Assembly: GCF_036321535.1 (NCBI RefSeq)
Contig: NC_087437.1
Location: forward strand, 119,352,001 to 119,416,000
Origin: Camelus dromedarius
Lineage: Eukaryota
DNA: 64,000 nt
Reading direction: 5' to 3'
Shown here: positions 1-13,049 of the stretch, in pieces
How the letters are laid out: each line of letters opens with the position of its first letter
How positions within the stretch are numbered: position 1 is the first letter of the stretch
Translations under genes and position numbers: made by a program
The notes under the pieces: model-generated
The model's database searches: none
Seen by the model: only the letters and a program-made list of their open reading frames with translations
What the model was told of the DNA's origin: nothing

Positions 1-699
1 TACCAGGCGATAAAAGACAGCTCAACAGAGGAACGAGAAGGCTTCATCAACAGGCATGTCTTCGCTATGAAATTTAAAATCCCGTTTCACACCGTGTGAC
101 AGCTCCTGAAACACACCACGACCCAGCCATCAGTCTGCAGCCCCTCACTGTGTTTCCTTTCAGTCCTGCGGCCTGTTCTGGGCTGAGCCCACAACTGCAG
201 ACTTGCCGTCCTTTTGGAGGCGGCGCGGCGCCAGGCGCGGCTTTGACTTCGCGTCGGGAGGTATCGTTTCCTCGCTGCCCAAAGTCTTCACGGTCGGCAC
301 GCCGGGGTGGGGTCACGTCCAGGGGCTCTGCCACAACCTCCCCTCCCCTCCTCCCGCGAAGGCTCACTTCCACGCTCTGCCGCTTTAAATTCTGGCCAAT
401 GACAGACATCTCTGAGACGGCAGCTCCGTGGTCCCCAGACCAGGCTCGGGAAGAGATCGCCGGGCTGCAGGGACGTTGTCTCTGGCTTTTGATCTGGCCT
501 GTCCAATTGTGTGAAGGACGCTTTTCTGAATCTGATGAGCCGCTTTGATGCCATGTTGTTTTCTCCCGCCAGCTCGCCATGATAAGGTAAGAGGATGCTT
601 TGTACTTGATGGAAGGAGTCAGATTCGGGGCTGAAATGTGTTTCCTACGTAACAGTGAGATGCGACCCAGCGATGCAGCCAGGCGGTGGGGTACTCACC

Positions 700-953
700 T
701 TTCCTAAGAGATGCCATCTGCCTGGAGGGAGAATGGGCTGTGACACGCAGGTGCCCCAAGGGACACGGCCGTGGCGGTGGCAGGTGTTTACGAGCGGGCA
801 TAAGGGACTGCTCCCGGCGAGCGCACCTTCTGAAGCCACTGCCACGGTCGGCGACGCAAGGGAAAATCAGGACCTTGTCTCTGGGCCCAGGCGGCCCAGG
901 TACCTTTGTGCTGCCGCTCAGGAGAGGCCCAGAGCCACCGCCACCGCCCGGCC
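700..953 (+). promoter_or_regulatory. Putative proximal promoter / 5'UTR of UMODL1
   Basis: CpG-rich region directly upstream of the ATG exon, with an O/E(EBF)-type site CCCCAAGGGA at 754-763. The TSS cannot be determined from sequence. Confidence 0.45.
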
Positions 954-1029
954 ATGCTCAGGACCCTCGGGCTGGCCCTGCTGGCCGTGGTCAGCGCCGT
1001 GGGCCCCACCCTGGCCAGCGGCTTCACAG
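954..1029 (+). CDS. UMODL1: UMODL1 coding exon 1, signal peptide MLRTLGLALLAVVSAVGPTLASGFT
   Basis: gccATGc Kozak context, hydrophobic leader, donor CAG|gtaagg, phase 1. Confidence 0.95.
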
Positions 1030-2413
1030 GTAAGGAGTCTGGGCTCAGGGTGTGGGATGCTGGAGGAGCGAGGGGCTCCCGGGGAGCGGGTCTCCTGGGG
1101 ACAGAGGCCCTGCCGAGAGCTGGGCTGGCAAAGATGCATCTGCTTTGAGAGCCAGGGTCTGGGCCAAACTTGCTCGTATCCAGCAAAGAGGTGGTGGGAC
1201 CGTCTCCGAATCCCCTGGGGGTCGGTGGGGTGCGAATGCAGATCCTGAGTCAGCAGGGCTCGGGTGGCCTAGGACTCTGCATTTCTGCTGGTGTTGCAGA
1301 TGCTGCAGGCCTCGGGCCGTGCAGAGAGTGGTGAATTCCTGGAGACTCAGAGTCGAGGTCTCTGCAGCCTTGGCGTATTACTCTCCAGCTTCCAGATAAG
1401 CGGAGGGAGGCCCAGAGTGGTCAGGGACTCGCCCAAGGCCGCACGGCTGGCAGAGGGCAGATTCCACCGGGGCGGCCCCTGCCGTTGACCCTGGCTAAGT
1501 CTGCCTTTCGCCTGCCTGGGAGGTGGAATCCCGAAGTGGGCTCTCACGCCCAGCCCTGCTTCCTCACATTTCCACGGGGGCAGAGGGGGCCAGTACACGT
1601 CCAAGGCCTTTGAGAGGCACGTGTCAGCTGCTAAAAACACATCAGATTTCTGAAGCACCAGATTTCTGAGCATTGAGGTTACAAATCTTTTAAATCATTT
1701 TCCTCTTGAAATCTGACTTCTGCAATTGGAAATTCAAACAGATCCATTCTGTGCCTGCAAGCAACTTCAATTTTGTCCTAGTTTAACGTTTTTTTTTCAC
1801 CCATAAATAGGATTTTGTGATTTTTTAAAATTAATTGTGATTTTTTTCAACTTGATTTTTCCTTTGGAATATGAATAATGTGTAAACCCTACAGCTCAGT
1901 GGCAGAGCAAAGGGGAAAGTCTGGAAGCGGGGAACTCTCGGGAGGAAGTTCGTGCACCGGTGAGGACACTGCAGCGCCACTCGGGGGTCCGTTGGGGCCA
2001 CTCGGTTGTCGGCTCCCATGAGCCGGCCCGCCGGCCCCAGGCAGGATTTCACTGAATCCTTCTAAAACCCCGGGCGTAGCGGTGATTTTACAAGTGACAA
2101 GACTGGGGCACCGAGAGGGCACGAACGTACTCAGAATCACATGGCTGGTATTTGCAAAGCTGGTGTGAATGCAGGTGTTCTGACCCCAGGACCTGCTGGG
2201 GCATTAAGATTTCCAGCCTCTGGGACCAGAACCCTGGGCCCCTGACTCCTGTGCTGAGAGCTCCTGAAAGAATTTGTTGAACGGCAGGGTCTGCTGAAAG
2301 GTTTTTATTCCGGGCTCTGCCAAGAAGCCAGGCCCTCAGAGGACCCAGTGGCTTCCAGTAGAAGGTAAAAAACAAAACAAGTAGATCCAAGTGCAGTTTC
2401 CTTGGAAGGAGGG

Positions 2414-2450
2414 GTGTGTGTGTGTGTGCGTGTGTGTGTTTGTGTGTGTG
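2414..2450. repeat. (TG)n microsatellite, imperfect
   Basis: Seen directly; further (TG)n runs at about 13444-13463, 21224-21259 and 43121-43146. Confidence 0.95.
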
Positions 2451-3269
2451 TAAGGCTCTGCTGATGATCAGCTGGGACCTTGTCGTGAGCAGGCGGAGCC
2501 CAGAGACTCTCTAGAGGCAGAGAAGTGTAACCTTTATTACTGTTGTCATCTGGTCTTGTGTGAAGATGAAAAACAACATCTAAATCTGCCTCGCCGACCT
2601 CTCTGTGCAGGAGGCATTGCCTTGTTTGGCCCCGTCCATCAACCCAGTGACCATGTTCACGGTGGTCATTTTCTGCAGGCCCCACGTCCCATCCCAGTCA
2701 CCTCTAAGTTCTGGCCTCGGACGCTGCCTCTCCTGCCCCACCCCACACGGCGAGGGGCCTCCCGACCCCGAAGCCTACTGGAACCCACCCTGTGGTGAGC
2801 ACAGGCTGTGTGCACCCCCAAGGCCCTGACACTGCAGGGGAGGCCACCACGTGGCTGGGGAGTGGGCTGCTCTCCCACCAGCCCGGCTGGAGGGCTGGAT
2901 CAGCCCCGCTTCCTCCCGGGGTCACCAGCCCCCATGTCTTGCTTTCTGTGTGCTTGTGGGTGACTATGAGGCCATAGGAGGGAAACTTCTGGTGCTGTCC
3001 TGGGGTTGAGGGTGAAGATTATTTCTTCTGCCATCTTTGAGCTCCTCTCAAGAAACCCAGCTCTGCCCTGAGGGAAGTGCACTCCTCTGTGGGCACCCAC
3101 CCAACGGCTGCACAGTGTCGGGAAGCTTAGGGCTCGAGGCTGAGTATCTGAAACTGCAAAGATATTCAAGCCGTTCATCCATCCCACACGGAGGTCCCAC
3201 GCTGCGGTGGGCCCCGTGCTGGCTGTGGAGGTGGGGGCACCCTTGGCTCCCGTGTCAGTTCCCCGGGAC

Positions 3270-3702
3270 CGCTGGGCAAGCACCACAGGCTGGGGGATTA
3301 ACAGGAGGGATTTATTTCTTCACAGTCTGGAGACCAGAAGTCTGAGGTCAAGGTGCGGGCAGGGTTGGCTACTCCTGAGGCTGTGATGGAGAATCTGTCC
3401 CAGGCTCTCCTCCAACTTCTGGGGGTTTGCTGAAAATCTTTGTCACTCCTTGACTTATAGAAGCATCTCCCTAATTTCTGCCTCCATCTTAGCGTGGCCG
3501 TCTGGGTGCATTCCTGTCTCCGGGTCTAAATGTCTCCTTTTATAAGGACACCAGTCATATTGGACCAGGGCCACCCTCCTCCAGTATCCCTTCAGCTAAA
3601 CTAATTATATCTGCAAAGGCCCTGTTTCCAAATACAGTCACACGCTGAGGTCCTGGGATTCAGGACATGAATGAGGGGTGGGACACATTTCAGCCCATAA
3701 CA
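3270..3702 (-). mobile_element. MaLR (MLT1-like) solo LTR
   Basis: Motifs tctggag..agaagtctgaggtcaaggtg, ttataaggacaccagtcatattgga, tttccaaatacagtcaca and terminal cccataaca. Confidence 0.8.
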
Positions 3703-4496
3703 GTCCCTGTTTCAGGAGGCCACAGAGGCTCCTTGGGCAGATGGGACACCTGAGGACCCCGTGGGAGATGGTCCATGACAAAGGGGCGTAGGGCTGGTGA
3801 AGGCAGTGTGTGCCATGGGGCCTTGAGAACCAAGTGACAGTGCTAATGAATGGCCACAGGTGTCTGTGCACAGGAACCAGGCTCCAGGTGGGAGACGCAG
3901 AGGGCCGGATCAGGCCAGCTCATGTCGTCCTGCTGCTGGTGAGTGATGGTGGACTGACCTTTCCCACCTATGAACTTCTCACATGGGCTGGACATGATCA
4001 TCCACCTTGTGTCTCGTTCCAAAAGAGGGTGCCAGTGCCAGCGTGCCCAGCACGTCATGCATTCATTACGGGAATAGTGTGTGTTCAGCTCACCTGGGAC
4101 GACCCTGGGGCTCAAGCAGAGAAAAGGTGCGCACAAGGATCCCCAGCCCGTGGAGTCAGAGAGCACAGAACCTCGGACGGCAGCCCCAGATGCTCGGTTC
4201 CTCCGTGTCCCCTTCCATGTCACGGCAGGCCCCTGGGCAGGGGCCAGGCGGGGGCGGTGTCCCCCGCCCTGTAGAGGAGGTTTTCTCGGCCCACGGGGGC
4301 CCGCTCCTGCTTTAGTCCTTCAAGTCCGCTCTTTGGCGTCTCCTTCTCGGGTCTGGGCTGGGAGGCAGATTCCGAGGGTCCGCCACGCTGGGGGTCCTGT
4401 CTCACCGGCTCTGACAGAGAGCCCCTCGGATGGATTTGACTGTGCCATTTTCCACTTCTTGTTTCCTCCATCAACCCCCTCCACCTCCTCCGGTAG

Positions 4497-4739
4497 AAAA
4501 AGGCCTCTCTTTGCTGAGTTACCAGCTATGCAACCAGAGTGTGGCCCGGAGCGTGCCGAGCGTGGAGGCTGTGCAGACGTCCCTCCTGACCCACGTGCCC
4601 TGCGGCCGCTGGGTCCCCTGGCGGCGCTGCCCCAAGACGGTCTACAGGACCCGCTTCCAGGCGGTGGAGGTTCCCGAGCGGAGGAATGTGACCGACTGCT
4701 GCGAGGGCTACGAGCAGCTGGGCCTCTACTGCGTCCTGC
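4497..4739 (+). CDS. UMODL1: UMODL1 exon 2, EMI domain (EKGLSLLSYQLC...CCEGYEQLGLYCVL)
   Basis: Polypyrimidine tract and tag acceptor; donor C|gtgagt; EMI cysteine pattern ending CCEGY. Confidence 0.95.
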
Positions 4740-7700
4740 GTGAGTCCAGGGGCGGCGCCCCCCCCCGGGCCCCGCCCACTCTCGGGATGGTCTCTGTCTC
4801 TGTCCGCATCCCTTAGCCCAGAACCAGCAGATCCTTCTGGAACCCTAGTTTCAGCCTTGTGTGTGCACCAGGGCCATCCAGAGGCCTGGTCCAAGCACAG
4901 GTGACTGGCCCCACCCAGATTTCAGATCCAGGGGGTCAGGGGTGGAGGACAGGGCCCCAGGTTGTGCTGATGCCGCAGCCCGAGGCCACACTCTAAGAAC
5001 CTCTGTGATGGGCGGTGGCTCTCGGACCTGACTCCACAGTGACAGTGTCCCCAGGGCAGCTTTCAAAACTCTGATCCCTGGGTCCCCTCTCGGAGGCTGG
5101 GATGGACTTGGTCTGGGGCAGAGCTTGGGGACAGGTTTTTTAGGCTCTGCAAGCAGTTGTAACCTGCAGCTGAGTTTGGGAACCAGCATTGTCATCTCTG
5201 CTATACTGACAGCCAGCGCTTTTATTCAAAAAGCTATGAAATCCTGGTCTGAGCTCCAGTCTGTAGAAGAGTTGGAAAGGGTGCCCTCCGTGCCCCCCTC
5301 CACGGCCCAGAAGCCCCCAAGCCCCCAAGCCCCCTTACTTCCTCAGTGTGGTTCAGAAGATGCCCGGGGTGGCTACCAGCACCGGTGCGGCTCTGCCGGA
5401 CAGTGTCTGAGGCCAAGTGGACTGAGCTGGGAGGGGGTTCAGGGCTCAGTCCCTGACACAAAGGGAACTTTCCAGAAGACTTCTTCCAGGGGAAAGGATG
5501 CAGGCGTGTGTGTGTGAATGTGTGTGGGAGGTGGTGATTGTTAAATCTGAGTCAATACTAGAGCTAAGATGAGTCTCTGAACAGTCAGCCCCCACCCCCA
5601 TGGTGTAGGCGAAGTGAGAAGGGTGTGGCTTCGTGGGGTGTCAGGGGTGACACTCTGAGACGTGAGGGCTGCTGCCTTCAGACTCCAGAAAGCACCGGCT
5701 CAGGGGGTGCAGGGAGGGGCCCCGGGACATCTGCGGGCTAGGGCGTGGGTGCTGCGCCCCGGGGGGGGCAGCTCCCCAGCACCAGGGGCTCCCGGATGCG
5801 GAGTCTTGGGTCAGCCGGACCCTGCAGAAGGCTGCGTGGGCTGGGCACGCCGAGCCGTCCTGATCGTGCAGCCCTTAGTCCTCCAAAGCCATCTCACAGA
5901 GGACAAGGATGGTGACACTTTGCCCTGACCCCATGCAGAGGACCAGGCTCAGAGATGACCAGACAGCTCAGGGTTGAGCAGTTCACAGGGGTACACCTCT
6001 TCCGGGAGTGGTACAATGACACCGCTGTCACCAATGCCGCCACCACACATAGAAACAAGGAGGGGCCAGCTGGCCTCAGGTCTGCAGGGGGAGCCTGTGG
6101 TGAATTCCCACTGGGGCTCTGTCCCCTGGTGGTCCTGTCCAGGTGCTGGGTCTAAGGCGTCCCTTTCTGTGCTGACTGCAGTTCCCTCCCTGCTGTCCTT
6201 GTCTCGGAGGGCCACGTGCACAAAGGGAGCTGCCCTTGGCCTGGGAGCACCCTGCACCTGAGGGTCGGGGTCTCCTGTCGGAGAGGCCTCGGGTCCCCTT
6301 GGGTGGGAGTGTCAGGTAGAATGAGGCGTCCGCCCTGCCCCATCCACCTTCACCTGCGAAGACCACACTCTCCCCACCTGCCGGCTGTCATGGGGCCGGT
6401 GAAGTCACACGTCCAGAGGCGCCCCCGGAAGAGGCTGAGCCCCGAGGTCACCTTTCTGTGCAGGTGCGGTCCTGCTGCGCTCACAAGTGAGATCCCCCCC
6501 AGAGAGAAGGAGGGAGGCACCTGCTGCTCATCTCTCTCCCAACAAACCAGCCGCCAGGAACCGCCTCTCGGGTGACTCAGCTCCACGTTTAAAGTGTCAG
6601 CACCTTTAAATAGGAACTCACCAGGCGGGAGAGGGCCAGAACGTTCTAGAAAGAGTCCCGTGGGCAGGTCTGCTCTGGGGAACCACAGGTCTTGGTGCGG
6701 CAGGTGTAGGGAGGGTGGGGACTGGGTAGGGGGCGCGTTGGGAATGAGGGAGGGAGGACTCACCCTGAAGCCCCCAGGCCCTGCAGAGGGGGCTGAGTTG
6801 GGGTGGTGGGGTCTCCCCACCCCAACGCCAGGCCTTAGAAGGGTCACTCTAGAGGCGGTGTGGACAGGAGAGACAGGAGCCCAGGAGGAAGGAGAAGAGA
6901 GAGGAAAGGGGGCTTTGAGCGAGTGCCAGGGACACAGACCGGGGGGAGGCGGGTGACTTGATCAAGATCCCACAGACTTGGGCCTGGGTCTCCCTGATCC
7001 CAGTCGGATTCAGACTGTGGCATCTGAGGACGGGGACTGTCAGGGGGTGGGGGCGAGAAGGGAATGGTGATGAAGGAGGTTGGGCACAGAGCATAGTGGA
7101 CTCAGGAAGGTCCTGGCTGGCCCTGCGGTGGCTGGGGGTGCTGGGCTGAGACCCCTGGTGGGGGCTGTGACCCCTGGCGGGGGCTGCAACGCTCCCCCAC
7201 CTTTGTGTTCAGGGACGCCACGTGGGCAGCTGCAGAGTGCCTGGGTTAGAAGCAGTTACACCAGGGACACTGGCAGCTCAGCTTTCTCCACGCCCGCCTG
7301 GCCCCCAGTCAAAGCCTGAATGTTTGATCAGACTTGGTTCAGAGATGCTTCATGACAGCCTGGCCTTCTGGAACAGGAAGTGAGAAGTCTCTGCAAGTGG
7401 CCCACGGAGACCTGCGGGGGCTCTGCACAGAAGGAGGCAGAGGCCTGGAGCTGTTAGCCGCGGGAAGAGCCTGGGATTCTGATGCGTGATGGGCCGGGGG
7501 CCGGGATGGGGGCAGGCACTCTGTCCTCGGGGCAGGACCTCCTGGTCGACCGGATAAGGGGAGACTTGTGTCTTGGCAGCTTCAGCTCAGAGGTCTCATC
7601 CTCGGTGGCAGCAAAACCTCAGCCTTGCTTTCTTCTTCCTCCTCCCACTCAACGACCGTTGTCTAACAAGGGAAGGGCCTTCTGAGAACATGTGCTATTT

Positions 7701-10232
7701 CTTTCGGTCTAGATGCCTTTTTCCATTTTTTTAAGTCCAACATTGGAATGTAGTAAGTTGTACGAGATTGCATTTAAATCTCTTTTAAAGTACAATTACA
7801 AAAATGAATGCACCAGCCATGTAGAAAATTTGGAAAGAGCAAAAAGAACAAAGGGAGACTGCGTGCTAAGTCCTCCCCGATCCCGCCACCAAGAATAACC
7901 ACCGTTAACATTTTCTTCTAGTCTCTTAGGCCAGACGCTTTACAAATGCTCGGTCAGCCTGCTCAAGATGGTTTGTAGTGCACTTTTACCACTTGGCAAT
8001 TTATCTTTCATGTCAATAAATAGTGTTTCTCAGCATGATTTAATGGCCACAAGGCATTACCTCACATGGATGTGTCAGCATTAAGCAATCTCCCTCCACT
8101 TAACATCTAGTTGCTTCCAACTTTTCACGATTGTAAATAAGGCTGCGGTGAGTATCATATGGCGCAAACACAGTCGTGCACAAGCTGGAATGGCTACTCA
8201 GGATGGGTTCCTCAGGGCGGATCTGAGCATCTCGGTAAACGCTCGGCACCTGCAGTGATGCCCCTGGTTCCTCCCTCCCTGGCCCGTCTCCTCCGCAGAC
8301 CCTTCTCCGTGGCAAGCCCAGGATGCCCCTGCACCAGGAGCCTACCCCAAACTTCCCATCTCCTCCCAGGCTGACGACAGGGCCCCTTTGGGGGAGAGGA
8401 CCCTGAGGAAGGAGTCAGAGGTGGGAATAATCATCCTAGGGATCAGATTCCCCAGGCCTAGGGAGCCTTCAGGGCCGTGGCTCAGACAGAGCCTCCGCCT
8501 TGTCTCACTGAGCTGTGACTCACCTGGGGTTGCCGGGCCCGGGGCCGCCCTGTGTCACTGTGTGGAAGGAGAAGCAGGTTTTTGACTTTGTACCAAGTTG
8601 GAACTGCTGGCTGCTCTCCGTAAGCCGCCAGCCCTGACGGATGCAGGGAGATTCCCAGCTGCATCCAAATTAAGACGAACTTTAACTCGAAACCCTTCTG
8701 CTGTGATCAGGCAATCATTTTTGAAAGTCAGTTTTTCCTGGGGGCCTGTATTTTCCTCTCATTTAGATAAACCTCTGGGTTGAAATATTTTTGATTTGAA
8801 GACAAATAACTCACACGGCCTCTCTGGCTGCACTGCACGCCTATGCTTTGTGCCCCCAAAGCCAGTCCCTGCATGGCCACGTCTCCAGGACTTTAGACAT
8901 TGGAATCGCCATCGGGATGACTGGGAAGTGAAGAGGGAGCCAGGGACGGCATGGAAAGGAGAATGCCCTTGAGAGTGACCTCCAAGTCCAGGCTCAGCAG
9001 TGTGAACAGACAGCGAGCCGGCAGCATGGGTCCCAGGAGGAGAGTGGTCACGGGGCCGTTCCATGTGTGTTTCAGCCACTTCGTCTTTCTCTTCTCATCC
9101 TTGGCTGACGCAGGCGCCCTTGGTGAAGTGTTCCCAGCAGGTCTGGCTGTGAAGCATCCTGCAGAGACCCTGGGGGACCCCAAAGGTTTGTCCCTGGGAC
9201 TGCAGCCCCTCAGGGATTCTCTTCTACCTGGCGACCCCTCAAGTCCTCCCAGGAGGCTGATGCTTCCAGCTCTGTGGGCACTTTTCCAGAGTGTGGTTGT
9301 CAGCAGCCTCTTTTGACTTTCCTGGACTTTGAGGGGCCTGGAACTGCACCTCTCAAAGTCATGTAGGACACAGAGCTTTAAATGGATCTGGGTGGGAACC
9401 AGACGGGTTTGAGGGGCACCCAAGCTGGCATGGAGCCCTCGTCTCAGGATGGATGGCGGGAAGGTTGTGAGCACACACGCTGATGCTGGGGTCTCACCCT
9501 CCCGGCACCTCTCTCCCTGCTGCCCTCAGCCCGCTGCTCCCAGCTTCCCAGCTTCCCAGCTTCCGACCATCCCTCACTGCCCTGAGCCCCACTGCTGGGC
9601 ACGTGCAGACCTGCAGGCTCTCCCAGGCCGTCAGCCACCGAGTGTCCGGCAGACTCACCAGGGCCGCCTTCCCTGCCCGGCTGCCCGGGCCCTGTTTTCT
9701 TCCCCGCAGCAATCCTCCAACTGAACTTCCATAGGTCTGTTTGTGTATTGACCTCTGTCCCCTGGAATCTGTGTCCTGAGGCAGGGAATTTGCCTCTGGC
9801 CGATTGCTGGGTCCCGGGCACCTTGTACCATGTCTGGCATATGGCTCAGTAAATACTGAACAAGTGAGTGAGGGAGGGAGCTGTCAGGACACAGAGCAGC
9901 AAGGGGGCCTCTATGGGGGTGGTGGAGGCTCCTGTGTCTGGACCCCTGAGGCCTAGAGGAAGGGGGACACCTGGGCCCCCAGTTGAGGCTGCCTTCCTTC
10001 CAGGACAGACAGTCAGGCTACATTAGACTCAGAGCCCCGGCCCTCAGCAGCTGCTCCGTAGGACGTGGTGAGGTGCCGCCAGGCCCGGACACGGCCCGGG
10101 AGCGGGCCGCACTGTGGACCTGGGAGCTGTGGACGGGTTCCCGTGCCAGGAGGCACCCAGACGCAGCACCTGCACGGCCCATCGGGGGCTCTGTTGCCAG
10201 CGTCACTAACTGCTAATCGCTTGTTCCCCCAG

Positions 10233-10394
10233 CCCTGAATCGATCGGCAGAGTTTGCATCCAGACCTGGGACCTGCCCGACGGTGGGGCCGGAAGCGTCC
10301 ACCTCGCCGTGTGCCCTGGACACCGACTGTCCCGGCCTTCAGAAGTGCTGCCCCTGGCCGGGGGGCCTGCGCTGTGCGGCTCCTGCTCCCCGAG
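10233..10394 (+). CDS. UMODL1: UMODL1 exon 3, WAP domain (RPGTCP...CALDTDCPGLQKCC...RCAAP)
   Basis: Branch point-like ctaac, ttgttcccccag acceptor, donor GAG|gtgggg. Translated manually because it is absent from the ORF track in this frame. Confidence 0.93.
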
Positions 10395-11160
10395 GTGGGG
10401 CTGGCGCCTGAGCAGAGGAGGTCTCCAGTTAGGGAGTGGAGCGGGGGCTGGGGGCCCAGGCACTGGGCGATGGGGTGATGGGGGGTGAGTTTCCAGAAGC
10501 AGCGGCTCGGGTTTTACAGGAAGCCTGTGCCCAGGCCCCCTGTACTCATCCAAACCGGCCACTGGCCCCTCAGGGTGGGCCGCGGGCTCGCAGGTGCCCT
10601 GAGGAGGCAGGGCGTTCCAGGAAGAGCAGTGACCCCAGTTTCCCAAGTTTGCCTGGCAAAGCCCCCCGAGCTCCCGGCGGAGCTTCCTGGAAGATGAGCT
10701 GTGTCAGAGGGGGAAGGGGTAAGGCTGTCTGCTGCAGAAGCTCCATGGGGCCCCGAGGTCCTCCCCGTGGCCCCCGTCCGGCAGGTGGGCAGCCTGGCCC
10801 TCAGTGCCCGCCCCCTGGAGAAAGCGCTCGTCAAGGTTCAGAGCTGGGGAGATAGATACAAAAAACCTTACAATATACAATATCTGTTACATGTTGTGTA
10901 TTAGTGTAGTATGAAGTGATAGTACAAATAATGTAAAGCAGTGTATTATAATATTTATGCGATATTATAACACAGACAATGTACAACGGTACTCGTACTG
11001 TACGCGTCACAGTGTGCGTAGTATCAATGGCACGCTGTGTTACCTAAGGCACACTGTGTACAACAATATACAGTGTGTACAGGATTATACGTAAGAGGAG
11101 GGGGCGGGGGGGCGTCCCGCGCTGTCCTGGCCTGGGGCTCAGCGATGTGTCCTCGTGCAG

Positions 11161-11282
11161 CTCCGGAGGGGACCCTGGCAGGTTTCTGGTACAACGTGAC
11201 CGTCCTGGTGAAGATGGACTTCAAGGAGCTCCGGCAGGTGGACCCCGGGCTCCGGGATCACATGCGGCTCCTGCACTCCATG
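11161..11282 (+). CDS. UMODL1: UMODL1 exon 4 (FWYNVTVLVKMDFKEL...LLHSM)
   Basis: Acceptor gtgcag, donor ATG|gtaggt, phase 1 to 0. Confidence 0.92.
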
Positions 11283-12294
11283 GTAGGTGGGGCAGGGAGC
11301 CTGCGGGCTGCACGGGAGACACAGGTGGGAACTGGGGTTTGGGGAGGGGTTCCACGAGCGATCCCCGAACGACTGACTCTGACCAAGTGAGAAGTCTCAG
11401 CTGAAAGCCGCTCTGAAGGGGTGGGTATCCGTGCGGTAAAATGCAGCCTTGGAAGCGTGCGGTTTGGCGTGTTTTGAGGTACACAGCGTGCAGGCCCTGC
11501 CCCACCGCGCTGCGGAGCACGGGGCCCCCGCTCCTCGCGGTCTGCGGCTTAAACAAAGGTGCCCCGGTGCAGACGGCCTAGGCCCCGGAGCCGTGCCTCG
11601 CGCACCTCCCTCGCAGATCCCGAGGTCTAGCTCCCGCGCGAGGGAATGTCCTGGAAGGTGCCGGGCTGGGCCCTCTGGACCGGGCTCCTCCACCTCGGCA
11701 CCACTGACGTTTGGGGCTGGATGGCTCTGTGTCGTGGGGCTGCCTGTCCCCACAGGGTTCCGCAGCATGCCTGGCCTCTGTGCACAAGAAGCCAGAAACG
11801 TGTGCAGCCGTGGCAACCAGAACTGTCCCCCGAGAGGCAGCACCGCTCCGGGTGGAGAGCCCCTGCTGGAGACACAGCTTGTGCCTTGGTGACTTCCAAC
11901 CAGGAGGGCTGTCACACGCCGGGTGCACCCTGGTCCTGGCAACCCAGCCGTGGGCAGGCCCGGCTTGTCTTCACCACACGGTGCCTTCCCAGAGTGGTGG
12001 TCTGGCCTCAGGGCCAGCTTCAAGGTCGAGCGGCCTGCACAGTCACCCCACACTCAGAAGACCCCACACACCACGTGGCTGGTCCCGCCTGACCGTTGGT
12101 TCCCATAGATGTGTCCCACATGTCGTGGTGAGAGCAGATGGCCCGCCCCTCACCTTGCTGTGGGCTGTCCAGTCAAACGGTTTGAGAGATGTTCCCAAAT
12201 GTCCCTGTGACCCGAAAGCCTCGTAATTGCCCCGTGGGAAGGGATTTCTGTCTTTCCTTAGCTCGTTGGAGGGTTGGGGTTGCCTGCTTGGCCA

Positions 12295-12482
12295 GTAAGG
12301 ATGTGGCTCTGGAATGAGACTACCTTGATTCAAATCCTCACGCTGCCACTCATCAGCTGTGTGACCTTGAGCAAGTTACTTAACCTCTCTGTGCCTTCAA
12401 TGCCTCCTCCAGGAAATAGGAATGAGCAGAGTCTCACCTGAGCAGTGGCTGTGGGGTTTAAACAGTACATGTAAGGAGCCTA
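12295..12482 (+). mobile_element. MIR
   Basis: Core gctgtgtgaccttgagcaagttacttaacctctctgtgcct. Confidence 0.85.
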
Positions 12483-13049
12483 AAAGGATCCTGCTGCATA
12501 TCGGTTCTGAGCTGCTGCGGCTGTTGGTATTTGAATATTGCTGCCCCGTGTCACCCGTTGTCTCCTCAGGTGGTAGGTTTTGTCCCTCCCTGCAGGAGAG
12601 GCCTGTCCTCACGGGCTCCTGACTGCAGCAGGTGCTGCCCCCTGACTGAGGGATTTGCATGAGGCTAGCGTTGGCCTTCTGTTCCGCCCGCCCCCGTGAA
12701 GGGTTCCAGGTCTGCCGAGGGGAGCAGGGACCCCAGTGCCCAGCCGCCACCACAGGCCTTCCTGGCTCCCGTGGGAGGCTTGGGGGTTTGTTGGCAAAGT
12801 CCCCTCCGGTGATGTTCTGTGCCTGAGTGGCCATGCCACTTTGCCTGGCTTCCCAAGGCAAAAACTATCTTGAGATTTCGAGGTATTAGGCTGGAGTAAA
12901 AAGAATTCATGTGAGATGAGAAAGGGGTCATTAAACTTCAGAAAATGTCAGATGTGCACCACGTGAGCTTGAAGTCTAGTCCCTAATTCCGTCCCGATGC
13001 CGTCATCAGCTGCTAGGGTGGGGACTGGGGTGTCCTGGGGTTGACCAAT

